Of a stretch of 64,000 nucleotides of DNA, positions 36,787 to 48,100 are shown piece by piece (the first letter of the stretch is position 1; each line of letters starts with the position of its first letter). Both the position numbers and the translations under genes were made by a program. Source of the stretch: a virus. Lineage: Duplodnaviria; Caudoviricetes. Under the pieces are notes generated by a model that saw only the letters and a list, made by a program, of their open reading frames with translations, did not search any database and was not told the origin of the DNA. The stretch lies in IMG/VR virus record IMGVR_UViG_3300043812_000026, one strand, 5' to 3'.

Positions 36787-37476
36787 TTAATCATACATCA
36801 TTTTTAAGTTATTAAATAGCTTGACTTTTTCTCTTACGTCTGGATCATAGATTGCCCGTTGAGTAATAAGTGGATCAAGATGACTAATGTAAGTCTTGTT
36901 TTCCTTATAAGACTTTTTAGCTAGTTTATTTAACTTCATAAATTGGTCTTGCTTATCCTTATTAGTATCAATATCTTCGGACTCGGCTAGATCTCTTAAT
37001 TGCTTAATAACCTTTAATTTAATTAAAGCTGGTTCTTTCTTAAACATATAAAGATGATCCTCGTCTTCGTCTTTAACAACTAAAATACCTAATTTGTCCT
37101 CTTTTACTAATTTAGCCATGTAAGAGTCATAATCAATTTCATCTTTTAAGTTATTGCTTACACTTTCTAGTCCCTCAAGACCTAATACAAAAGATCGAAC
37201 AACACTCTTAAATAGGGCTGAATTTAATTCCTTATCATACATAACAACACTAATCTTCTGATCTTGAATATTAACAAAAGATTCTTCAAAAACGTTAACT
37301 AATTCAGCTTGATTATCTGCTACGTCACTTTCTGAAATTCCAGCTAAAGGAGCTAAGCCAAACTCTTTATTTAAAGTCTTTACTGTATATACAGTTACAT
37401 TTCCTGTATTAACAGCTTTCTTTAATTGAGTAAAGCCAACCTCACCTAAAGCCTTTTTAAGGTCTGCTACACTCAT
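36787..37476 (-). CDS. Hypothetical protein
   Basis: 229 aa; AAGGAAGG RBS. Confidence 0.8.
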   Translation of the reverse strand: MSVADLKKALGEVGFTQLKKAVNTGNVTVYTVKTLNKEFGLAPLAGISESDVADNQAELVNVFEESFVNIQDQKISVVMYDKELNSALFKSVVRSFVLGLEGLESVSNNLKDEIDYDSYMAKLVKEDKLGILVVKDEDEDHLYMFKKEPALIKLKVIKQLRDLAESEDIDTNKDKQDQFMKLNKLAKKSYKENKTYISHLDPLITQRAIYDPDVREKVKLFNNLKMMYD

Positions 37477-37856
37477 TACTTACCTTCCTTTAAGTCTGCT
37501 ACTTGTTGCTTGAATGATTCCTGCATCTTTTCACTAGCTTTACGGTTAGCCTTATCCAATTCCTTATGAGCATCCGCCCAGATCTTATCAATTGTCTTTT
37601 CATCTAAGCCATTCTTTTGCATTGACTTATCTAACGCAATTGCAGTTAAACTAGCCCGTTGATTAATTGCAGATAATTGTTGACTAAGTGGTGAATTAAC
37701 AAGATCGATTACATCTAATACTTCTTCCATTGTTAAGCGCTTCTTGAGCAAGGTTTCAGCACTAGTCTGTTCTAACTTAGTCATTGGCATTGGTAGTTGT
37801 TTATGAACCTTAATTGCATTTAGAATTTGTACTTTACTTAGAGCTGATTTTACCAT
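37476..37856 (-). CDS. Hypothetical protein
   Basis: Start MVKSAL with GGAGG RBS. Confidence 0.75.
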   Translation of the reverse strand: MVKSALSKVQILNAIKVHKQLPMPMTKLEQTSAETLLKKRLTMEEVLDVIDLVNSPLSQQLSAINQRASLTAIALDKSMQKNGLDEKTIDKIWADAHKELDKANRKASEKMQESFKQQVADLKEGK

Positions 37857-38184
37857 TATTTTCTTCCTCCCAAATTTGTTGAGCAATTCTGCTTACTTCA
37901 TTTAATTCTTTTTCACTAATAATATGTTTTTTAACTAATAAAGTAGCTAGACTAGAAAACAAGTCCGCAGTATAGTTATTAGCTTGCTGGGCTTCACCCG
38001 TTACTTTATTAGCTAAATCTTTTAATGCTTCATAGGCTTCCTTATAGGAAACAGGGTCATTATTATGCTGAGTAACCGTTTCTGTTGGTAGCTTACCATC
38101 TTGTTTAACTAATTCCATTAACCGGATATAATCTTGAAAACTTAGTGTACTTAAGTTTCTTACATCTGGTAAGTCTCTTTTCAC
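37834..38184 (-). CDS. Hypothetical protein
   Basis: 116 aa; GTGA overlap with primase. Confidence 0.7.
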   Translation of the reverse strand: MKRDLPDVRNLSTLSFQDYIRLMELVKQDGKLPTETVTQHNNDPVSYKEAYEALKDLANKVTGEAQQANNYTADLFSSLATLLVKKHIISEKELNEVSRIAQQIWEEENNGKISSK

Positions 38185-39221
38185 TTTTTATCACCTCTTA
38201 CTAGATACAGTAATGATTGTAGATTAACAGGTTGAGCCTTGTCTAACAATTCTTTAACTATTGTACTACCTAAATCATTAGCATCTTTATCTTTATAGGG
38301 ATTTACAACTAAATATATCCGGTCTAGGCTAATTCTTTGCTTTAGTCGATCTATTAACTTAATTTCTTCTTTCATAGCGTCATTATCTAAAAATACATAA
38401 AAGTACTTAGGGTTAGCTTTAAGCATGAGATTAATCTGATCATCTGTAATTGCCTTACCTAAAGTAGCAACCCCTACATAATCAGCTATAGTCGAGCTAA
38501 TTGCATTAAAAATACCTTCGCAGATAACCATTTTGTCTTTTACATGATTAAGGTTAAAAACAACATCTTTCCTAGAGTATTCATTGTCCTTAGCCAGTGC
38601 ATTAAAAGACTTGATAAATGGATTAGGTTCAATACTTCTAGTACTCCAATAAATAACATCATTATTAAGACCATAAGTTGGGAAGATAATACTATTACTA
38701 ATAGTCATATCCTTATCTTGGGTTTTGATAGTACCAGAGGTAAGATAGCCCAGATTATATTTATATATTTGTTGTAGTGTAATTCCACGATTTTTAAGAT
38801 ACCATAAATAGGGATAAGACTCGGGATTATTAAGATTATCTCTTAATAGCTTAGTATTAGTAGGAAAAGCAGGACACTTTTTACCTACTTGTTTTTGCTT
38901 TTCTACTTTAGTGTTAAGAGCAACTAAGCGACTTAAAAGCGTTTCATTATCAACTGGCTCTACTTTAGGACTAGCGAAGTCTTCATCTTTTAACATATCA
39001 CTAGCTTCTTTATAGGAAACATCATAATATTGCATAAAAAAGCTGATTGGGCTGTTACCACGAGACTCACACTTAAAACAGATAAATTGACCTTTAGGAG
39101 AGATATAGAGCTTTTTATCATGCTCTCCACAAAAAGGACAATCTAAATGAACTTCACTCGTTGCAGTTTCTTGATAATCCTCATTAACACAATTAACAAT
39201 AATTTGTTGTTCCCGAGTCAT
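38181..39221 (-). CDS. dnaG: DNA primase
   Basis: Zn finger CPFC...CFKC; TOPRIM ICEGIFN and FLDND; KDAND. Confidence 0.9.
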   Translation of the reverse strand: MTREQQIIVNCVNEDYQETATSEVHLDCPFCGEHDKKLYISPKGQFICFKCESRGNSPISFFMQYYDVSYKEASDMLKDEDFASPKVEPVDNETLLSRLVALNTKVEKQKQVGKKCPAFPTNTKLLRDNLNNPESYPYLWYLKNRGITLQQIYKYNLGYLTSGTIKTQDKDMTISNSIIFPTYGLNNDVIYWSTRSIEPNPFIKSFNALAKDNEYSRKDVVFNLNHVKDKMVICEGIFNAISSTIADYVGVATLGKAITDDQINLMLKANPKYFYVFLDNDAMKEEIKLIDRLKQRISLDRIYLVVNPYKDKDANDLGSTIVKELLDKAQPVNLQSLLYLVRGDKK

Positions 39222-39229
39222 AATTTCAC

Positions 39230-39853
39230 CTATCTTACGTTATCCTCGTACATGATCTTGGCTACCTTTCTTTGATATTGGTTCATTCTAAATCCCATTC
39301 CAAGATCACTTAACATTGTCATTTCTTCTTTGGTTGCAAACTTTGTTGGGTTGGACTCAAGGGCGTTTGGGTTAACTCCCTCGTCATGTTCTCGTTTAAT
39401 AATCTTTTGTTCAATATTGTCTAAAGTTTGGCTTAATAATAAGTAATTTCTTTGTACGTCTTGTAAAGTATAGAAACCATCCCAAGTCTTTAGACCTATT
39501 GACTTTAGCTTAGTAGTAATTCCTAGGTTAAACATATACATAGATTTATCTGTACCGAGTTCGTCTTTTTTATATTCATAATAATTATGTAAGAAATGGT
39601 GATTATCCTTAAACCGCTCTTGAATATCCTTAGGTGCAATTGGATCAACCTTTAACATAATATTATGGAACATCGATACATAATAATAATCAAAATAAAA
39701 AGACAACGGATACCAATACATACCATATTCAGCAGGAATATAGGCAACCTCAAGATTGCCTTGGCTTGATTGGCACTTTGCAACAATATAAATCCGTCCA
39801 TCTTTTTTAGTAGCCTTAATTTTAAGACCGTTAGTATTTACTAAATCGAGCAT
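39230..39853 (-). CDS. Hypothetical protein (syntenic with the Twort-like anti-sigma gene)
   Basis: ~200 aa between sbcC and primase; function from synteny only. Confidence 0.45.
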   Translation of the reverse strand: MLDLVNTNGLKIKATKKDGRIYIVAKCQSSQGNLEVAYIPAEYGMYWYPLSFYFDYYYVSMFHNIMLKVDPIAPKDIQERFKDNHHFLHNYYEYKKDELGTDKSMYMFNLGITTKLKSIGLKTWDGFYTLQDVQRNYLLLSQTLDNIEQKIIKREHDEGVNPNALESNPTKFATKEEMTMLSDLGMGFRMNQYQRKVAKIMYEDNVR

Positions 39854-39936
39854 TAATAAACTAAAAACCCCTTATATCAAAGTATAGGTCTATTTTAAAC
39901 CCATTCGATACAAGAGGTCAAGTAACCTTTAAAAGA

Positions 39937-41829
39937 TTAATTATTAACTAGTTTCGAAGTGTTGTCAACCTTTTTAACTAATAATTGATTATCAATATTA
40001 TCATTAAACTTCATATCATCATTATGAGAAACAATAATAATATTACCTACGCTTTGCTTTAAGTCACTTAATACATTAATAACGCTATCAATCCCCGCCT
40101 TATCTAATGAATCAAACACCTCATCAAATACCACTAGGTTAAGTCCACCAATTTGTGACTTAAGATAGTTCATAAAAGCGAGATTAAGGGCAATCCCAAT
40201 TCGGCGCTTTTCACCAGAAGATAAGTCTTGATAATTGCTACCAGAAACACTAGAATCAACGTCTAAGCTAATCTGTTCATTAACCTTACCAGACTTAGTA
40301 GTAGTCTTATTATTAAGAGCTACGGTCATTGTATTGTTAGTCAATACTTTTAAGATCTTTTCTAGTTGATCATTAAGATACGGAATAACTAAAGATAAGG
40401 CTTGAGCTTTAACACCCCGATCTGAATAAACTTTAGTAAGTTTTTCAAAATCCTCTTGGGCTAATTGTTGCTTATGTAGATCTGCTTCTGTTTCCTTAAT
40501 CTGTTTTTCGATTCCAGCAGTATCTAATTGCTTTGGCTTTTCAATTGGTGTCTGTGCTTGTTCCAGTTCAGTTTTTAGCTGGTTGATGTCATTATTAAGA
40601 CGATTAATTTCATTTACTAGATTTTCTTGCTCATTGAGTTTTCGTTGGGCAACATTAAGAGCATTAGTTAGCTTACGGTACTGTTCCTGTTGCTTAGAAG
40701 CCTGCTCCTGCTCTTCTTTAGCGAGTTTAGCATAATTGTCCACGTCTTGGTTAAGAGCGCTTAGACGGGGTGAGAGAGACTTATATGAGGTCATAAGCTC
40801 ATTAGCTTTCTTATTCATATTGTTTAGCTCTAATTGCTTATGTTCTGCATCTAATACATTTCCACACCAACTACATACTGCATTCTCTGAGTTTTGCAAT
40901 TGCTTATATTGAGCAGATAAGTCAGTAAGCTGTTTCTTAATATTTTCCTGCTGTAATTCAATATTCTTTTGTTGAGCCTGTGCAGTTTGGAGCTTATTAG
41001 CATATTCATTACTATGTGTAAAGTTAAAAGCTGATACCTGTTGTTGATAAGTGTTATATTCTGTTTTAACAGACTCGTGGATTGTTGGGTTGTAATTAAG
41101 CGAGTCTAATTTAGCTTTCCTTAGCCTCATTTGATTTTCAAGATTATCAACCCGTTGCTTTTGCATAGCTACAGATTGCTCATGTTGGCGTTGTAGGGCT
41201 GTTTGACTATCCATTAAGGTATCTAGTCGTTCTAGCTCTTTTTTATCCTCTATGAGCTTGCTAGACGATTCTTTGCTGTCTTCCTTAACTAATTGTAAGG
41301 CTTGCTTATAAATATTAGTATTAGTAAGTTCTTCTAGGATTTCCTTACGGTGCTTATCTGTAGCACTAATGAATGTATTAAGCTTTTCAGGACTAAAAAT
41401 AACAGAGTTAAGTAAAGTATCAAAGCCAAAACCTAAAGTAGCTACAATCTCCTTATCCGTTTCCTTATTAGTCGATAGGGTAACGTCTTTACCATCTCGA
41501 TACATGATTACTTTATTTTTAAATTCTTTATCCTTACGGTAACGAGTAATCTCATATTCATGACCAAAATGGGTAAATACTACTTTAGCAAAACAATTCT
41601 TACCTACGTCATTCTTAATCACTTCATCACTTTTAGCACCGTCTGGAGTTTCACCATAAAGAGCATAAATCATCGCATAGATAATCGAACTTTTTCCAGA
41701 TCCATTTGTCCTCTCACTATCAATACCAGTGTTTTGACCATTAAGCAGAGTTAATCCTAGATCATTTAGTTCGAGCTTAAAGTGGCTAAAACTACGAAAA
41801 TTTTGAGCTTCAATTGTTTTTATCCTCAT
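39937..41829 (-). CDS. sbcC: SbcC/Rad50-like recombination ATPase
   Basis: NFRSF, NGSGKSS, coiled coil with Zn hook CSWC, LSSGE, FDEVFD, VSH. Confidence 0.92.
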   Translation of the reverse strand: MRIKTIEAQNFRSFSHFKLELNDLGLTLLNGQNTGIDSERTNGSGKSSIIYAMIYALYGETPDGAKSDEVIKNDVGKNCFAKVVFTHFGHEYEITRYRKDKEFKNKVIMYRDGKDVTLSTNKETDKEIVATLGFGFDTLLNSVIFSPEKLNTFISATDKHRKEILEELTNTNIYKQALQLVKEDSKESSSKLIEDKKELERLDTLMDSQTALQRQHEQSVAMQKQRVDNLENQMRLRKAKLDSLNYNPTIHESVKTEYNTYQQQVSAFNFTHSNEYANKLQTAQAQQKNIELQQENIKKQLTDLSAQYKQLQNSENAVCSWCGNVLDAEHKQLELNNMNKKANELMTSYKSLSPRLSALNQDVDNYAKLAKEEQEQASKQQEQYRKLTNALNVAQRKLNEQENLVNEINRLNNDINQLKTELEQAQTPIEKPKQLDTAGIEKQIKETEADLHKQQLAQEDFEKLTKVYSDRGVKAQALSLVIPYLNDQLEKILKVLTNNTMTVALNNKTTTKSGKVNEQISLDVDSSVSGSNYQDLSSGEKRRIGIALNLAFMNYLKSQIGGLNLVVFDEVFDSLDKAGIDSVINVLSDLKQSVGNIIIVSHNDDMKFNDNIDNQLLVKKVDNTSKLVNN

Positions 41830-41847
41830 TATTATACTTCCTTTTAT

Positions 41848-43311
41848 TTATTTATTAGGGCTAATAGCATCATTAATCGTTTGAATTAATTCTGCGTTTT
41901 TATCTATTTTATTACTAGGACGTGAATGGGTTGTATTTGATTCATCTAAAGTAGCTAAGTGGTCTGCTTGTTCATCTTTTGACTCGGGGTGCAGACGCAT
42001 AGACTTTAAATCATACCGTAAGTACATAAAGTTATCATCAAAACCAAAGTTATTACGAACCTTATCTAAATAAAGTCTAATGTAACCTTTCTTATATTCT
42101 TCTGGCGTTGAGTTCAAAGTAGCACCGAAGGCAATTGTGTTCTTCTTACGATATGAACCTTCCACATTTTCCATGGTCTTAATTTCAGCAATCCCCGAAC
42201 CACGATTAAGCTGAGAAGCAGTAAAGATTAAAGTATCTGTTTCTTGAGCTAAACGAACTAAATCTTGGTAAAGCAATTCTCCCGCTTGTGCTTCATTATC
42301 AGAATACTGTTTCTTAATAAGTAAGTCGGCATAGTCCAAGATAACTACTTCAATCTTAGTTTGCTTTTCTCGTTCTACTTTATTAATTACTTGTCTTACA
42401 TCGTCTACCGTCCATGTTAATGGGGTAGACTTTGCATAATAAACATTTCCTACCATTTGATTTTCATTTACTTTACTGTAGTAGTTATGAACTCGTTCCT
42501 TATAGTCTTCTCTGATTTCACCATCGGGAGTAAATACATCATGTATATCAGAATTAGTAATAATCCGGTCAAAACGTAAAATCTGATCGGTATTTAACTC
42601 TTCTAGTGTAATATGTAAAACATTATGGTGAGCAACCATTGAATAGTAATAAGTAAGATTGGATAAGAAACTACTTTTACCCCGTCCAGAAGGAGCATTA
42701 ATAACTGCGATTTGTCCTGTTTCTAATCCCCCACCAGTAACAACATCTAATGGTTTTAGACCAGAATACAGCTTACGATTACCAAACTCATCATAAATAG
42801 CTTCCTTACGGGCTAGGTCTTTAAAAATATCGATAACTTCGTAATCTGTTCCAGTAAGCTTAATTTCATTAATTTTAGCCATTCGCTTTTCTACCCGCTC
42901 CGAAATATGATCGGATCCTTTAGTAGCTTCTTCAATAATGGCCTGATTACCTAATTGAGTATGTACATAATTTTCCAGCTCAGTAAGAACAACTGTATTA
43001 TTATCCTCTTTTGCATTAATAAGATTAGAGGTAGTTTGAAACAAACCATTTAATACATTGTCTGGAACAGTAGTGTTACTTCTTTCTGCTTGTCTCTTTA
43101 GACGTTCTTCAACTTTTAAGTTAAGAGCATTTAGGCTTAAGGGTTCGTCTGTAGTTGCATAGTATTGGACTACAGTTTCAGCAATTAGTTTATAAGTAGG
43201 ATCTTTAATTAGCACTCCCACATTACGTGACAATACATTCTTAGCAGTATGAGCACTATGGATTGATCTTATTAATAATTGCTCTTCTTTTTGACGGCTA
43301 TCTAATTCCAT
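41848..43311 (-). CDS. dnaB: DnaB-like replicative helicase
   Basis: APSGRGKSS, ITLEE, ILDYAD, ASQLNR, DKVRN. Confidence 0.92.
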   Translation of the reverse strand: MELDSRQKEEQLLIRSIHSAHTAKNVLSRNVGVLIKDPTYKLIAETVVQYYATTDEPLSLNALNLKVEERLKRQAERSNTTVPDNVLNGLFQTTSNLINAKEDNNTVVLTELENYVHTQLGNQAIIEEATKGSDHISERVEKRMAKINEIKLTGTDYEVIDIFKDLARKEAIYDEFGNRKLYSGLKPLDVVTGGGLETGQIAVINAPSGRGKSSFLSNLTYYYSMVAHHNVLHITLEELNTDQILRFDRIITNSDIHDVFTPDGEIREDYKERVHNYYSKVNENQMVGNVYYAKSTPLTWTVDDVRQVINKVEREKQTKIEVVILDYADLLIKKQYSDNEAQAGELLYQDLVRLAQETDTLIFTASQLNRGSGIAEIKTMENVEGSYRKKNTIAFGATLNSTPEEYKKGYIRLYLDKVRNNFGFDDNFMYLRYDLKSMRLHPESKDEQADHLATLDESNTTHSRPSNKIDKNAELIQTINDAISPNK

Positions 43312-44054
43312 TAAATTATTAATCCTCTCTGATTAAGATAATGGTAAGCATTGAATAGATACTTTAATTCATCTGGGTCTCGAAGCTCTATTTCATTATT
43401 AATTCCATAATAGTAATAGCTGTATTCCGTTACTCCTAAATGATGACTTAGGGCTTCATGTGGCTCCTTACAAATCAAAAATATTACTGGTTCAAAATAC
43501 TCCACACCATCTAATAATAACATATTATCCCACGTTTTATTAGAGCGTTTTAGAAGTAATCTTCTAACCTTTTCCATTGAAACATTAATATAAGAAGTGT
43601 TACGATAGTCAAAAACTCTTTCTTTAAGATAAGTCTTTTCTTCACTATATAATTCCTTAATTGGAATTTTAAATAGCATATTAAGAGCCTTTAAGTAAAG
43701 GTTGTCTAAGGTAACATATAGGTTTATATTAGCTAGTTTTCGGTATTTATCTTTTCCATCATAAGCCTTTAGAATCATTTCTTGATTAAAGTTACCCAAA
43801 GGCATGAATGGGATAGTTTTACGTTTTCGATTAAGGTATAAATAGTAATCAAAAACGCTAGACATTAACCAGACGGGATTTTCTTGCAATTTTAAACTTA
43901 AATCATAAAAATCATTCATAATCTGCTGATCTAACTTACTAGGCTTAACAAAATAATTTACCATAGCTGTCTTATCTTCTGCTAAGGTGTAGTTAAAACA
44001 ATCATAGGCTTGTCCTAGCAGATAGACATAATCTTCTTTTAAATAATTACACAT
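43311..44054 (-). CDS. Hypothetical protein upstream of helicase
   Basis: 247 aa; stop overlaps the helicase start; class-II promoter upstream. Confidence 0.7.
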   Translation of the reverse strand: MCNYLKEDYVYLLGQAYDCFNYTLAEDKTAMVNYFVKPSKLDQQIMNDFYDLSLKLQENPVWLMSSVFDYYLYLNRKRKTIPFMPLGNFNQEMILKAYDGKDKYRKLANINLYVTLDNLYLKALNMLFKIPIKELYSEEKTYLKERVFDYRNTSYINVSMEKVRRLLLKRSNKTWDNMLLLDGVEYFEPVIFLICKEPHEALSHHLGVTEYSYYYYGINNEIELRDPDELKYLFNAYHYLNQRGLII

Positions 44055-44084
44055 TACATCACCAGCCTGTTTTATTGTTAACTC

Positions 44085-44116
44085 TACTATAACACTTTTA
44101 GTTGAATTTTCAACTA
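44085..44116 (-). promoter_or_regulatory. Class-II promoter with operator (copy 4), heading the replication operon
   Basis: Minus strand TAGTTGAAAATTCAACTA-AAAGTGT-TATAGT. Confidence 0.75.
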
Positions 44117-44169
44117 CTTTTATATAAAAAGATAAAAATAAAAAGAGAGGTAGGAATTTTACCCCTCCT

Positions 44170-44535
44170 TTATTGTAAGTGGATATGCCCTAAGATAGTT
44201 GGAATAAAGGCAATCAAAATGGGTAACCAGATCAAAGTCCATGTATTGTTCTTCTGCTGATTATCCTTTTCTAGCTGTTTACTCTTCTCTAGGGCTTCTT
44301 GTGCCTTATCCCGTGCTTTAGTGGAATCCTCTTCCACACTATCAATACGAGTATTAAAATCTTGCTTTAACTCATCAAATTTACGATTAGATTGATCTAT
44401 CTTCTCATTTAATGAATTAATTTCAGTTTGAATAGACGCATTAGAAGATTTCAGTTCCATTAACAAGTTAAAGATTGTATCGTTATCTACCTGCATAGTA
44501 GATTTACCTTGATTATTGTCTCTACTTTCCGCCAT
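44170..44535 (-). CDS. Coiled-coil protein with C-terminal TM (XhlA-like lysis accessory)
   Basis: Follows holin; C-term WTLIWLPILIAFIPTILG; start uncertain (44535 or 44496). Confidence 0.55.
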   Translation of the reverse strand: MAESRDNNQGKSTMQVDNDTIFNLLMELKSSNASIQTEINSLNEKIDQSNRKFDELKQDFNTRIDSVEEDSTKARDKAQEALEKSKQLEKDNQQKNNTWTLIWLPILIAFIPTILGHIHLQ

Positions 44536-45001
44536 TTTCAGATACTTGGTTAGTAGCTGGTTGACTTGCTTGGATATTATCTTTTCCTTGTTCTGGTACT
44601 GTTGGAGCTGGCTTTTCCACCGTAGTATTAGCACTTTTTAGTTGCTGAGGATCAGTAGGTGTAGTAGGTTGGCTCACACTTCCATAAACCTGTTCTAAAC
44701 GATCTTTTTGGGTAAACCAAGAACGTTCAATTTGTGCTTTAATTAAGCTTTCATCAACATCTGTAATACCTAAAGCTTTAAGCTGGCTATTAACAAAGTT
44801 AAGAGCATATTGGAATTGCTCATTACCAGTAAGTTGTTTTGTTAAGCCAAGCTTTTCAGCTTCTACCACTGCCATGCTAACTAGGTTCTCAATCTTATAT
44901 GCTTGTTCCCCTAGCTTATGATTATTAATCAGTTGTTGACCAATCCAGCCCATTACAACTGGAATTAATGCAATCGCAATCGCCATCAGTAAATCGTGCA
45001 T
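44522..45001 (-). CDS. Holin (LL-H-like)
   Basis: Single N-terminal TM; AVVEAEK...GNEQFQYALNFV...LIKAQIE. Confidence 0.75.
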   Translation of the reverse strand: MHDLLMAIAIALIPVVMGWIGQQLINNHKLGEQAYKIENLVSMAVVEAEKLGLTKQLTGNEQFQYALNFVNSQLKALGITDVDESLIKAQIERSWFTQKDRLEQVYGSVSQPTTPTDPQQLKSANTTVEKPAPTVPEQGKDNIQASQPATNQVSENGGK

Positions 45002-45140
45002 TTTATTCTTCCTCTCTGATTATCAATCAAGTCAGGTAAATCTAATCTGTGCTAGTTCTAATATAGGATATTTAAGGTAAAGAAAAAGTACCTAGCAGTT
45101 AAACTAAGTACTTTCTAATTTAATCTAGTTTTACAAACTA

Positions 45141-48100
45141 CTATACGTCATACTTAAAAACTCCAGATAATTTTCTTACCTTAGGGCTTCTAAAATTGCT
45201 AGAAGCATGGAGATTAAGACGAACCTTAAACTGAGTAGCTAAATGATGTTGATCCGTTGCATTAGGAACAGTTGCTTGGAAGATATAACGAGTAAAGTAA
45301 GGACTAACTTGCTTAGTTGAGGTTGGTTTAGAACCGCTAGAAGCGTCCTTATTTAACGTTGTACTCTTTCCACCGTCCTCTGGGAAATTATACCAAGTAT
45401 TCCCACCGTCTACCGAATACATAGGTAATACATAAGACTCCTCTGCTCCCGGATTAGGAATATAAGCGTCATATTGAATCTTAACCTTATTAAAATGAGC
45501 ATCACCCGACTCGTCTAAGTTAATAGATTCATAATGAGCCTTAGTACCAGTAAGGATAGATACTAAACTTAGCGACTCAGTAGTTAAGATAGGAGCAATG
45601 TATCTATCAGTAGTAAACTCAGCCATTAACTGGATAGCATAAGTGTTTTGGAATAAAGCAAGTTCACCATCAAGTTGTTGTGGATCATTACTTGTCGTAA
45701 TCTTAGGAACAGTAGTAGTAGTAGTCCCCGGAACAGATACCACTTTATTGTTATTATTAACAACTAATGGTTTCCATTGTGCCTTATCCAATATAGTAGT
45801 TAAATTATTGCTACCATCGGTATTAATATCTGATTGCTGAACTAGCTTAATGTACCAGTGCATAGCAGTGTTTTGATAAGTTAAGAAGTTAGTCAAGGTG
45901 GCTAAACGGTCAACCGCTGATAGATAAGTGTTAGGAGTTGTTCCTTTATAGTCCATGTTAGGTCCCATATCAGTTTCCTTATCCCAAACTGTATTAGCAG
46001 ATTGGTTAAAGTCAGACATAATAATTGGGTCAAAAACAACTTGACCATTATCTAAGAACTCAGCTACGTTAACTCTGAACTTCAAACTAGAAGCACCGTC
46101 AGCAGTCCAAGTCATACCATTGTTAGAAATGAATAGGTCACCATTTGAGTTAGGTGCTTTACCTAAAACATCACCCACATTAGCAGAAACAGTAGACGAA
46201 ATAACAAAGTTTTGACCAGTAGCTTGTGGGTCATCATTATAGATAGCTTGGTAGTTAGTGTTGTAACCAGTTTCAGACTTACCAGCGCTCATAACAGTTT
46301 CACCCTTAGTAGCCTTAAAGACAGTATACTCATTACTATCTGAAATTAAGACCACCGCATAACCTTCGTTAGCTTTAAGAGTAACTGGATCATCAAAGGT
46401 AATCCGAGTTGCAACACTACCGTCATTACTAGTATGAATTTCTTCTGGGTCCAGATATTGCTCTGCTCTAACTATTCGATTAGGATATTGGGTATCTCCT
46501 AATTCCCGAATTTGAACGATTAATTGAGGACGATGGGCTTCATTACTATTAGCACTAGCGGGCTTAGTCATAAAGTACAAGTCGATAGACGATAATTGTC
46601 TAGTTTCTTGTAGGTAGAATGATTGAGCTAATGGGTCCCAAAGGTTAACAGTATAAGTTTGTTTTTCAATAACGTTAGTGGTTGTTCTAAGAGTACCATT
46701 AGCGGTGTAGTTAGTAGAAGCCACATCACCACTACCATTAACAATCTTAACTACTCGGGTCCCACAACGAATAGATCCACCCGGAATTACAAAAGTACCA
46801 TGAATCTCACCTTTATTATCAGCCTTAAAGGTATTAGCTTTAGTTCCTTTATAGTTGTCGTTTTCGGGGGTAGGTTCTTGAACTGGAGTACCATCAATCG
46901 TAATTGTGTAACCATCAGTTAAAGGTCTAAAGTTAGTAGCCTTAAAAGTAATCTTCTTAGATCTCATGTATTCGACTAAAGAGTCCGTAGTAGAAGTACC
47001 CCCATCACCAATCATCCAACCAGTTTGACCTAAGGTGTTACCAGCACCAGTATCAACAACCCCGTTAAGACCACCATAACGCATTAACTGTTGACCAGCT
47101 TGATCAATGGCGTGTTCTTGTGCAGTACGACCATCATTATACCAGCCCATGCTAGTATCACTCATGTGTCTCCACCACTTATCCATGTTAATCGTACCTT
47201 TATCAACACGCTTAAAATCAGTAGTAGTCTTACTATCAATCCAATTATCAACAGCAGGATCAATAGTTAAATTACCATTAGCAGAGAAAATATTAAACTC
47301 ATTAATATTAATAACACCAGTGGCAATAGATTGGCTAAGTGCTTCAACTTCATGATAAGGTGGACGAACTAATTTACCATGCAATGAAATATTAGAAAGA
47401 GCCTTATTCATGTCAGGTGATAAATCAGCCTTAGCTTGTGCTGGAATAGAAATTTCACCATTTTCAAAGTCATATGCAACATTACTATTACTGTCGTCAC
47501 GGTTAGCAATTGTAGCAAAACTATCAGCAAAAGCATCTTTCAATACTACTGGGTCTTCTGAACGCTTGACATCAGATTGCATATAATTAAGAGCCATGTT
47601 GTATTCTGCATTATCTAAACGATGTCCCCATTGTTGTAATGATTCAAAAGTAATCCGAGTAATGGTTTGCATAGTAAAGACAGCATTATGCGAATTAGGC
47701 TCAATATATACATAACCAAGTTCAAGCGTTAATGGATCATCTACTACTGGAGGGGTAATTGAATTAATTGGTCCGGGTTGTCCCTTAATAATCTTAAATG
47801 GATTTGCTTGATCCATAGTAATTCTAATCATATCAATCCGAGCAGTAAAGTAACTGTAAGTAACATTAATTGTTGAACCCGCAACTGGTTTAGCACCTTT
47901 CATGCTATCAATATCAATAGAGGTAACACCATCTTGTACAGCTACTCGATAATCGGTACCCTCTTTAGCATTAGTAGCATAGTCATAAGTAATATTATAA
48001 CTTTGTCCGGGAGTAGGTAGGTCATTAGCATTTGGAAGAGGATTACCCTTAAGATCAACTCCCCAGTAAATAGTATTCCCTACATACGTGAAATGTTTTC

